Assembly: GCA_004431415.1 (NCBI GenBank)
Contig: QPMI01000066.1
Span: 434,001-498,000 of the forward strand
Direction of reading: 5' to 3'
Length of the DNA stretch: 64,000 bases
Origin: Cyanophora paradoxa CCMP329
Taxonomy: Eukaryota; Plantae; Glaucophyta
Part shown: positions 50,398 to 60,996 of the stretch, one piece after another
Numbering within the stretch: the stretch's first letter is position 1
Layout: every line of letters begins with the position of its first letter
The notes under the pieces: model-generated
What the model saw: only the letters and a program-made list of their open reading frames with translations
The model's database searches: none
What the model was told of the DNA's origin: nothing
Position numbers and translations under genes: made by a program

Positions 50398-51861
50398 TCA
50401 TAATTTTTTTATAATCTCATCATGATCATCGACGTGCGACTCGGCGATGAAGAGCTCGAGATATGAATTCGAATAGAGTGCGCGCGCGAGCGATCGTTGG
50501 ACCGCACCGTGCACGTGGCGGCGTCGACATCGGCAAGGACGTCGGCCTCGACCGTGTCCAGCTCCACCTCCTGCGCGCGACCAGCAGCATTAATTACAAT
50601 TCATGTTCATGGTCAGCATTTGCGAGCAAGGAACTTTAGTCTTGAGTGATTATATATAGCTATAGCTAGGGGACCTCGAGCTCCAGATCCGAGGCCTGAG
50701 GCTCGCCGTCCGACGGTCGGGCGCGGAAAATTTGATCGCACTGCGACAGGGGGTTGTGCGCTCATGATCAGGGGCTCACGTCTTCGGCGAGGATCTGGTT
50801 GGCCTTGTCGAGCTCGTAGTAGCTGTTGTAGTTGTAGTTGTAGGGGTCGTTGTAGTTGTAAAGGTCGTTGTAGTTGTAGAGGGCGTTGTAGTTGTACGGG
50901 TTGTTGTAGTTGTAGGGGTCGCTCGCTACCGAGGCGTTGGGGTTCGTGTCGCACTTCGGCGAGTAGTCGGCGGCGTACATGTCGAGCGCGCCCCACTTGC
51001 CCTCCGGCCCGTTCCACTTCTCCGTCAAGACCGCCTTGGCCCCCGTCTTGGCCCAGCACTCCCTGCGCGTGCGAAGATGAGCCTCCTAATCATAAGAGTC
51101 TAGGTGCACGTGCACGCGAAGCTCGCGAAATATTATAATCAATTATAATGGTTTCGAATGCGAAGCGCTGGCGCACTCTTTGGTTGCGACCTCTCCGAGG
51201 CTCTTGCCCGTCGTGCCGTACAGACCGCACCTGCGAAATTGAAGCTATTAAGGGGCGATCATGATCACGACTCGGCGATCATGACTTGACGTCGACTTTT
51301 ATTTGTAATTATATAATGTACACGTGCAAGCCACTGCAAGCTAAAGGACTCCCGGGAGCTTCGAATTCGTGGTCCGGGCCGGGGCCGGGCGCACTGAGAG
51401 CCGTCGTAGCAGGTAAGCTTCTCTTTGAAGGAGATCTTCTCAGTGCACATCTTTGAGACTTTCAGCGACTCTCCACCCAGCCCTTTCACGCCAGTGAGGC
51501 CGGCGACGTCGTTTGTCGCGCTCGTGTAACAGTACCTACGCGAACCCGTGCGCCCTACGTTAGGGACGGCGACCGCGACCGGTACAAGATGTTCATCAGC
51601 ATTGTGCCGCAGATCTAAAGCGCACGCTTCAGCTTCCGCGCGGTTAATGATGATCTTGCCCTCCTGGTTTTTCATAGGCCCCTTAGAGAGCGACACCGCC
51701 GTCGACGCGTGCGTGTAGCTGTTGCCCAGCTTGGTGTAGCCGTCGAAGCACTCGTACGTGATATCGCATTTCGCGTAAGTCATGTTGAAGTCGCCATTAG
51801 TAGCCGACGAATTCCCGGAGTTGGGATCATAGTAAGAGCCCGATGAGTAGTAGCCTGACAT
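50398..51861 (-). CDS. Cys-containing protein with Tyr/Asn hexapeptide repeats and an acidic tail, unknown function
   Basis: ATG 51861 has an in-frame stop just upstream. Exons MSGYYSSGSYYDPNSG...AKCDITYECFDG, YCYTSATN...LTCYDGSQ, CGLYGTTGK, ECWAKTG...DPYNYNNPYNYN...LDKANQILAED|EVELDTVEADVLADVDAATCT. The 3' end is uncertain (50768 if the later intron is retained). Confidence 0.65.
50815..50920 (-). repeat. Coding 18-bp tandem repeat (xxYNYN, about 5.5 copies)
   Basis: GTTGTAGTTGTA recurs every 18 bp on the + strand and encodes DPYNYN NPYNYN ALYNYN DLYNYN DPYNYN YNSYY. Confidence 0.9.
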
Positions 51862-54350
51862 TGCCGCTTATATGTCTCAGTCTTGTCGCTTGAAGCTGTG
51901 GATGACAGCACTGCGCGCGCCGTACGATCAGCATGCGAGCTCCCGGAGTCCATAAGACTCCCCGGGATTCAATCTATAGCTATATATCTAGACCCAGCTG
52001 CAGAGCTCGAGCAGCCAGCCGCTGATCATGAGCTGCAGGAGGTCTAGCTACAGATCTAGATGTGGCCATGGCGCCGGCCTTCGCCGCGAGCTCAAGTGGG
52101 CCCGGTGGGCCGAGAGCATTGACGCTCCGCGAGGGTAGTTTAGAGCGGGACATCGGCGCACCGGCCGCGGGACTCGGGGAATCGAACTTCGGAAGGACTC
52201 TGCTCGATATCCTGCGAGGGACCTCTGCACGCGCACACTGTGACTGTGTGACAGGCTGCACCTACGTATACGCCTGCAGCGTCAGCTGGACGGGCCGGAC
52301 TCTTCAAGGCTTGTGAGCTCGAGCGAGCGCGGCGTCGGCGCGCGCGCGTCGCCAGCCTGAGCAGCTGCCGCAGTGCACTGCGGCACTGCGGCAGGGCCCC
52401 GGGCCCGCGGGCCCAGCTGCAGGACTGTGCACGTGATCGGCGGCTAAGAGCTTTCCGACATCGACCTTAAAAAAGCTTCGGACCGTCGGACTGACGAGTC
52501 CTGCGCTGCAGTTTGCAGGCTGCAGGCTGCGCATGCAGGACCAATGGGCCATTGCAGGCTAGCGCTGCATGCGCAAGCTTAAGCTTAAGCGCCGGCTGCA
52601 CTAGTATAGTCTAGTACTAGAGCTGAGTACTGCCGCTGCAGCGCTGGCTCAGCGGCTGATCGATATCGAAGCATTATTATCGATCACGTTTGAGATTAAT
52701 TGCAAGTAACTTAGTAACTTTTTAACAGAGGGGAAAGAGCTGCGCATCAGCAGCGCATGTAGTACTGAGTACTAGCTACCGGCGTTACAGTGCGTCACTG
52801 AGTCACGGCGTAACTACGGTTACCGTAGACTCCGTAGTACGCGCGTCGATTCCCGACTCCCGACTCCCGAGTCACGGACCGTCGGACTCCCGCCGGGCCG
52901 GGAGTCCGGGATCCCGGGATTCCCGGCCCAGATTCCCGGCCCGCCGGCGGGACCGGGCCTTCCCGGCCCGGGGCCGCGGATCCGCAATGATCATGATCAT
53001 CGGATTACGCATCGATATCCCGGCGGAGCAGCGCCGGACTCCCGGGAGCTGCGCATGCAGAAGAGCTTCATAGAGGTTTGGGAGGCGGCTAAGAGGGTTT
53101 CGGAGGCTAGGTCACGAGTTTTTTTCAAACTCGAAAAGGTAACTTGAAACTTGAAAACAGTTTTTCTCTTTTTCTCTGGGTAGCAGCCTCTCAGAGTCTG
53201 CGCATGCGCATGCCCTCTGGCACTTCCGCCAGCCTGCCAGTGGCTGCCGCAGTGCCACTGGCTGCCAGCATGCAGCCTCAGAAGCAGGTCCTTGCCGGCG
53301 GCTGCCCTACTAGGCTAGGACCCTAGCTAGGCCTGGCCGCCGGGGTTTAGCTGCCCTAGCATTTTTCAATTTTTCTTTCTGGACAGCCGCTGAGGCTGCG
53401 CACTGCGGCATGGCGCCGCGCGCATGCATGTGCGCGCGGCTGAGCCTGCCAGCTGCAGCAGGCTAGGGCTGAGCGTGCTGCTGGCGTCGCGAATTTCGGA
53501 AGCCACCGGCATCGCGTCGATGATCGCGATCGGGCCCACTGATCAGAATTTTCTATAGATCTCGTTCGGGAGCAGGTAATCGGCGACGAACTTTCGGAAC
53601 TCGATCGGTTGGACGATCGCGAAGCGCCCCGATATCGATCGCGAGCCGTCGCAGCCGATGATCGATGACCGCTCCGCGCGCCTGCGGGAGACGCGCGGCA
53701 TGCGCAAACACGACCGGCGCCCTCGATCGCGAGCTCGCATATATATGCACGCACATGCACGGCGGCGCGACCCCGGGGCGCCTGCGGACGGGGAATCTAG
53801 ATCTATCTCGAAATGAAGGCGAAAACGAAGGCGAAAACGAAGGGACGCTTGTGCACCGAGGCCGGTTGAATTCAAAATTCAAAACAGCGATACGTTGAGG
53901 CTGGCTGAATTCCTCGAAGTGCTGCTAGCTATAGCGCTCTCTCGAAATCAATTATAGCCTCTAGCTTCAAATTTTCAGTCAACGGCAAGCGTGTGCTTAA
54001 GCGCTTCCCCCCTCGCCCTCCCCCCCCCCTCCCCCCCCTCCCCCCCTCCCCCCCTCCCCCCTGCCCTAGGCCTCCCGCGGGGGGGGGCGATGTCCCCCCC
54101 CCCCCCCCCCCCCGCCCCCCCCCCCCCCCCCCCCCCCCCCCCTTCTCGCTAATCATGAGCCGCGGGCTGCCCCTTGCAGGCTCTTCCCATTAATATTGCC
54201 CCAACCTGCAGCTGCTCCAATATTTATGGACCCAGTTTAAAATAGAATTTCACACGCTCATATATTTACTGACCGCTCATATATTTACTGACCGATTCGA
54301 GAACTAATGGAACACCGACGTGGATCGGTCGATATCCTAAAAAATCAGGC

Positions 54351-56397
54351 CTAGGCCTCCGGCGGAGGCGCGGCGCTCGGGACGGATCCGGAGGTGGCGA
54401 GATAGAGGGCCTTGTCGATGCGGGGCTTGGAGCGGAGGCCCGAGACCCACTCGGCCGGGACCGCCGCCGCGGGGCCCTGCCGCGCCCCCAGCACAAGCCC
54501 TGCGCGCGGCCCCCTATTTGGGGGTGGCGCGGCGGGCCGGGGGCGGAAGGGCCAGGCAGGGGGGTACCGATGAGCATGCCGCGGGCGGCGCTGTCCCCCC
54601 CGACGGCCGTGTTCGCCACCAGCGCGGCCTTGAGGGCGTCTGGCGCGTTCTCGTACTTGGCTGCGGCGAAAGAAATTGAATTCAAGGGGTACGCGATAGG
54701 CGAGGGGGGTACGCGCGCACCGATGAAGTAGACGGAGACGGGGACAGCGTAAGGCGCGTAGCAAGCCGTCGAGAGCACGAGCTGGTGTAATGGATCATTC
54801 AGGAGGGGGGGTAGGTGATCTCGGGGGGGGGTACACTGCGGAGATAAACTGCACCTTCTCCCCCGAGGGAAATTCCTGCACGCCCAGACTCTTGACCGCC
54901 TCGTAATCGTCGGGGAAAGCGGCGTCGGCGGCGGCGGCGGCGAGCCCCTGCTCGACCTTCTCCCGCAGCTCAGCGTCCCCGATCGTCTCCACCGCCTGCG
55001 GCCGCGGGGTCTCAAGCGTGAGCTCGGCCCTGCAGAAGATCACGAGGGGGTGGACGCGGACCGCGCGCATGGCGGCGGAGGGGACGGCCCCGTGCAGCAC
55101 CGCGTGCGCCACCCGCGCGAAGAACTGCGCCGAGGGCCGCCGCAGCGTGAGCGGCGTAGGGGGAAAAAGACCGCAGCGTCAGCGGCGCTCGCGCTCGCAC
55201 CTCGGCGGCGGGCGCAACGAGGCTGCCGCCGTGGGTGAGGCCTGCCTGGGACCGAGCAGCCTGGACCTGGGCGCAGCTCGGGATCAGCGGAGCTCAAGGA
55301 GCGGTGGCAGAGCGGATCATCGGATGCGGACCAGCTTGTCGAGGTCCGACTTGTCGGCGAAGCGGTACAGGAGCGGCGCGATGCGCGAGGCGCCCGCCAG
55401 TTCGTTCGACTCGGAGGCGGCCTGCAGAGGAAGAAGGTTTCAAGCTCGAAGCAGAAGTATCGAAACCTTATTTTCGAAGCTTATATAATTATCGGCGCAC
55501 CTCGAGGGGACCCTTGCCCGACTCGAGGTTCGCGAACGTCTCCTTGCAGGCGTGGTCCTTGTACCCTCTGTAGGCCCCGAACCAGGCGTTCCACTGCCGC
55601 TCCAGCATTAGATTGCAAGAAGTACAAGTGAGACCCTAGCTATCGCGAGAAATCACTTTAAACGAGCTGCGAAACCCCGCGAAAATATTAATCGAGCCGC
55701 GAAAACCCCCGATCTAGAGATATTGCGCCGCAAATTTAGTCTAGGGGCGCACCTCCTTGATGAATACCGACGCATCGAACTTTTTGTGCGAGGCGACATT
55801 CTCCTGAGAGGCTTCGAAGTGAGCGCGAAGTCGATGGAGCTTGAGGCGATGCAATTTCGCGACTCGAGTGCGTGCGGGCGCGGCGGACCAGCAGCAGGAT
55901 TGCCTGGTCGCCTACGTGCGTGAGATCGCCCGCCTCTTTCCCAACGTGGTACTGGTTCAGCTCGCCGGGCTGCAGTGCGGGTCACGTGAGAGGAATCCAA
56001 AGCGCAGCTACAGCGAATTCATTCTCTTGCTCCCGCATGTGCGCGCCGCGGGTGCCACGGGCGGAATTTAATTGCGATCGGGGCGCATGCGCGCCTTGAT
56101 GAGCCTATCGGGGGTCCCGTACTTCTCCTTGATGGCATCTGGGTTGTACTCCCAGTGCACACCTAATAATGGACGGGCTCAGAAATTCAAGCCCGAATTC
56201 CGAAGCAATCGGAGATAAATTCGCACCGAGAGCGAGCGCATCGCCCGCGAATGCGGCGTAGAGGGCGTTGCGAGCACGCGCCTCGAGCTCCGGCGATCGG
56301 GAGACGACGCTCTGCAGCTGATGAAAGAGCTCGATCGCGAGGCACTGCGGCACGCGCGTTTCCGCGATCGCAGCGCGGGAGCGCGCACCTCGGCCAT
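54351..56397 (-). CDS. ADP-ribosylglycohydrolase family protein (J1-crystallin/SelJ-like subfamily)
   Basis: Exons ARNALYAAFAGDALALG|VHWEYN, YHVGKEAGDLTHVGDQ, SNELAGASRIAPL, ARSQAGLTH, ALVANTAVGGDSAARGMLIG|LVLGA...VPAEWVSGL. Stop at 54351-54353. Confidence 0.88.
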
Positions 56398-56693
56398 TCC
56401 GTCCGCGTCGACGTTGAGCGTCCGAGAAGCTAGCGAAATTTGCGAGTCGATTGCAAGAAGTCTTGAAGAAGAGGGAGCGTGGGTACGTAGGGTTTCGAAA
56501 AGAGAAAACCGCCTTGAGAATCTAGGGAGGTCAATTTAAGGAGACAAGAGGAAATTCAGAAAGACCGCTGCTAGAGGCCTAGTTAGGAGATTCCGAGACC
56601 TAAATCTAGACCGCTAGCTAGCGCTGCTGAGGGACCGGAGGAAAATCAGGACACACGAACGCCTGCACATAAAATCTGTTTTGCGGGCGCGTA

Positions 56694-57954
56694 ATGGCCT
56701 CCGGCTGGGTTACGCCACCGGGATCGCGGGCGGTCTGGGCGCCGGCTCCGGTAGGGCGCCTCGAAGAGTGCGTCGCAGAAGCCGCGCAGCAGAAAGCGGC
56801 GGCGGCCGCGGCCCAGAAGGAGCTCGCCGATCTAAAAGGCGACATCATTTGCGACTTCGCCGAGCTTTTCGAGCGGTGCTGCATTCGGGGCGAGGCGGAA
56901 GCGCTGGGCGTTCGCGCGGACGTCTCGATCTCCTCGCGAAACGAGGACGACACACCGCGTGCGAGTCAATTCCTTTGCGCCGCATTTATTCTCGCACACG
57001 CAAGGCGAATATTTGCGGACCGCATGCGCAGATCGAATTCGCGCCCACTCGCTCGTCTTAAAGGTGCGGAGACCGCGAAATTCAGTTGTATTTCTAGATC
57101 TGCAAGTATTACTTGCAAGCTTAAGCTAATTTCTTCAACGCTATCCGAAACAAAGGCTCGCTGTGAAGTTTTCCGGACGATGCTCTGCATCAAGGTTAGC
57201 ATTTCGCTTCTTCTTGATTACAAGCCGTTGCCCGAATTTTATTAAAAGCCCCCCTGAGCTGTTTTTTTATTTTCGCAATCATAGATGCGAGAAGCGGAGA
57301 GCGGGGACATCGACGCGACGAATTTCAGGAAGGGCACAGTGCTCGCGCTTCTGCGCTTCCTCTACACGTCGGAGGTCCGGATCTAATTATCAGATGCAAT
57401 ATTAATTAAAGAGCCTTTCATTTTCTGAGCTGACCTTGAAGCCGTCTGTAAGATCCAGAAAGGGTCGACGCCCATCGAGCTCGTCGATTTGATCCGCGCG
57501 GCGCAGTACTACCAGCTGCCGCGGCTCCTGGGCGCCTGCGTCGAGCGCCTCGCCCTCTGCGAGGTGCTCTCGGTGGGGGAGGCGCTCGAGGTCTTCGGCG
57601 CCGTCCACGAGATATCCGCTGGATCCGAGCCCCCGGCCAGCCCTTCCGGCCAGGTAATTAAATATATATCTGCTGAATTTCTCCTGGACTTGTCTAAGGG
57701 ATTCCTCCTGGCCGCTGCGCAGAATGGAAGCCCAACCTCCAGCTCCAGCCCGTCCAGCCAGGCCCGCAATTTTCTCAGTGGCCTTCAAGGCAGTTCTCTC
57801 GAGCTCTCTCGCGCGCGCGCAGATGCGGCGGGTGGCGGTGAAGGCGCTGCGGGCGCGGCGGCGCGAGGTGAAGGGGTGCCCCGCCTTCCACGCCATGGTA
57901 GCCGCGGGGGCCGTGGACGTCGTCAAGGACCTCTTCGGCGTCCTCGTCGAGTGA
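56694..57954 (+). CDS. BTB/POZ-domain protein
   Basis: DFAELF...ADVSI, ARCEVFRTML, MREAESGDIDATNFRKGTVLALLRFLYT, LVDLIRAAQYYQLPRLLGACVERL. Stop at 57952-57954. Confidence 0.85.
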
Positions 57955-58520
57955 AATCAATCGAATATGTAATTATAATTTCCTCGGTGCGGGGGGCCGG
58001 GCCGGGCCTGTGCCTCCCAGTGAGCTCGAGGACTTAAGCTTCAACGGCTGATCATGAGATGCCATGATATCGATGGTATTCGAAGGTGGAATATTTATTC
58101 CGTTCGCCCATGCATGAATAGGGCCCATGTACATGCACATGTACATGTATGCCGCGCCACTCATCGACTTGAGCTTTATTCGTTTAGTTAATTATATAAT
58201 CGACAACAGAAGAAGCCCGCCACGGCGTGCCTCCCAGTAATTAGTCTTCCCAGTAAAAGCCCGCCACCGGCAGGCCTCGTCCCCTCCTCGACCCGCCAAT
58301 CCGACCCACTAGGTGCTGGCAGTTAAAATACGCTGGGCCTCGCTGGGGGATCCTTAGTCGCACGCCTCGCTCGGGGCCTCGAGCACAGGACCGCCGCCGC
58401 TCTCATCGGCTAGACATCGAGGCGGGCGGCGGGTACGTTATTACAAGGGTGGGGGGTAGGGTGGAGGCGGGCCTCCCGGGGGGACGGGGGGTACGAGAAA
58501 AAAAGCGGGGGGTGGGCGCC

Positions 58521-60873
58521 CTATGCCTTGCCCGCCGCCTTCATAACCTGCGAGGAGGAGTGAGCTCGGGTTCGAAAATCCTGTACCCAAGCCCCAGGGG
58601 TACGCACCTCGAGCATCTTGTCGCCCATGCGCGCCGGGGAGTCGACCACGTGCACGCCCGCCTGCGAAGGGCCGAGACGTTAACGTGCGCGGGGGGTACA
58701 GGCGCGCGCGGGGGGGGGGTACGCGAAACGGCGCACGTTCCGGAGGTAAGCGATCTTCTGAGGCGCGCCGCCCTTGCCGCCGGCGATGACGGCGCCGGCG
58801 TGCCCTGCGGGGGGTACCGGTTGGCTTCGGCGGGGACGGGGGGATACGCGAATCAGAATGAGCGCAGCGCACCCATGCGGCGGCCGGGCGGGGCGGTGAC
58901 GCCAGCAATGAAAGAGACCTGAGGGCGCGAACGGCCGTCAGAAGAAGGCCCCCCGAACAGGCCCGGATAGCGTTTCAGATGCCTAGGGGCCTTCCGCGCC
59001 CTGCGAGACGTCTAAGAAGGTCTGAGAGGGGAACGCACGATGGGCTTGGTGGTCTTGGACTGGACGATGAAGTCGGCCGCCTCCTCCTCCGCCGTGCCCC
59101 CGATCTCCCCGATCAGGATGATCCCTGCGCGGGGCCCGGCCGTCGGGCGGGGCGGGGCGAGGACGGACTCGCAGGGGGCGGGGGGAAGGAGGAAGCGGGG
59201 GCTAGAGCGGGGGCTACGCTGCAAGGGCCCGGGGCTAGACGACTGCTCTGGAAGCGTTCTGAGTGAGGGCCCTATGTGGGAGCGCCCCGACGAGCCCCCT
59301 CAGTCTGGGGCGACCCAGCGAGGGCCCGTAGCTAGAGCCGCTACGAGAGCTAGAAAGGGCGGAGGCAGCCGCTATGACGACGGCTGAGGCCGTACGGAAG
59401 GGAAAGGGAGGCCGGCGGGAAGGAAGGAGGGCTAGACGGCTGCTCTGAAAGCACGAGTACTCGCGGGGGCGGGCGCACCCTCGGTCTAGGGCTAGAACTC
59501 GATCTAGAACTAAACGGGTTCGCGGGGGCGGGCGCACCCTCGGTCTGGGGGTCCTTGACGAACTTCTCGAGGCAGTCCACGAAGTTGGTCCCGTTGAAGG
59601 GGTCACCGCCGATTCCCACCACCGTCGACTGTTAGACGGAGACGTGGTTAGGCGGAGGGGAGTCGGCGTGGCTGGGATGGGATGGGATGGGGAGCGGCGG
59701 GATAGGAAGGAGGCGGGCTCTGGGCCCGCGGGCGCATCCGCTAGCGGGGGCGAGCGGCAGCTAGGCTTCTGCCCTCGGGAGGGCCCGCGGGCTGTTTTGT
59801 CAGCGTACCTGGCCGAGGCCGACGCGCGAGGTCTGGAAGACGGCCTCGTACGTCAGCGTGCCGCTCCTCGAGACCACGCCTGCGCCGCGGCGGGGCGGGG
59901 TCAGGGTCGAGGCGGGCGGGCGGGGCGCCGCGTTTCTCGTGCGCGTGTCCCGCGCACACACGCACGCACCGATCTTGCCGGGCTTGTGAATGAAGCCGGG
60001 CATGATGCCGATCTTGCACTCGCCGGGCTGCGCGCCCGCCCGCCGTCAGCGCCGCCGCTCGGCCGGGGAGATCAAATCTCAGAGACGGGGCCGGAACCGC
60101 GCGCCTTGATGATGCCGGGGCAGTTGGGACCGATGAGGCGCGACTTGTTCTGGCGCGTCATGTGGTACTTGACCTGAGGGCGCGCGGGGAGCTCGCTCGC
60201 TCGCTCGCTCGCTCGGCGGAGAGGGACGGGAGCCGGATGGGGACGGCGTCGAGGCACGGACCTTGACCATGTCGTGCTGAGGAATGCCCTCGGTGATGCA
60301 AACGATCAGGCGCATCTCCGCCTCGACGGCCTCCATGATGGCCTTGGCCGCGCCCGGCGGCGGGACGTATATGACCGTCGCGTCCGCGCCAGTCGCCGCC
60401 TTCGCCTGCGCGTCCAAGTATCGCATACTGCGCCGATGCCGGCAGCGGGCCGCGGGGCCGGGGCGATGTCGCAAGCCTCACCTCAGCGACCGTGTTGAAT
60501 ACGGGGAGGTTCAGGTGCGTTGAGCCGCCCTTGCCGGGAGAAACGCCACCGACCATCTTCGTGCCGTACGCTATCGCCTGCTCCGAATGGAAGGTGCCCT
60601 GACAAAAGGTGCTTGCGTAAGCGGCAGATTGGAGGGCCGCGTACGCAGGGCCGCGGGAGGACGACGACGTCGTCGTCATGTACGACTGCCTAGAATGGCT
60701 TCGGGAGGCCGTACCTGCTTGCCCGTGAACCCCTGGCATATCACCTTCGTCGTCTTATCGACGAAGACGGCCGGCTCTGTGCTCAGGGCCCTCGCGTGTG
60801 CAGCGACGGCCAACGAGGGCCGGGCCGCCGCCCGGACGCCCAGGGAACGGAGCGAGCACAACGCGAGAGCCAT
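58521..60873 (-). CDS. SUCLG1: Succinyl-CoA ligase alpha subunit, mitochondrial
   Basis: Arg/Ala/Ser-rich presequence, then [84 protein letters not shown] and RMGHAGA. The last exon is VMKAAGKA*. Confidence 0.97.
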
Positions 60874-60996
60874 TTTGTGGTACCCCAGCGCCGCGCCGCG
60901 CTACCCCCTTGCCGGCGAAGTTCGCCGCAGTTCGGGTATTCTGGGGCCTCTGGGTGCATTGACCGCGTCGCTGGCGACGGGCTGCACGCCTAAGCC
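60874..60996. promoter_or_regulatory. Putative compact bidirectional promoter (123 bp between divergent ATGs)
   Basis: SUCLG1 ATG at 60873 (-) and COG4 ATG at 60997 (+). Positional inference only. Confidence 0.6.

Noticed and set aside
50815-50920. Regular short repeats as a possible CRISPR-like array (also 6695-7062 and 28603-29073)
   Set aside because: No unique spacers and no cas genes, in a eukaryotic context. These are tandem or coding repeats.
37400-53100. Possible giant transposon bounded by GGGAGTCGGGA / TCCCGACTCCC and carrying Ulp1
   Set aside because: Similarity is limited to short low-complexity motifs. No transposase, long TIR or TSD was found, and the interval contains an ordinary phosphatase gene.
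54005-54145. Long poly-C/poly-G tracts (also 7756-7780, 16836-16859, 41930-41980, 42295-42326) and their Pro/Gly ORFs
   Set aside because: Intronic or intergenic low-complexity homopolymers, error-prone in assembly, with no coding evidence.
54740-54790. Possible selenoprotein (SelJ-like)
   Set aside because: The candidate codon is TGC (Cys), not TGA.
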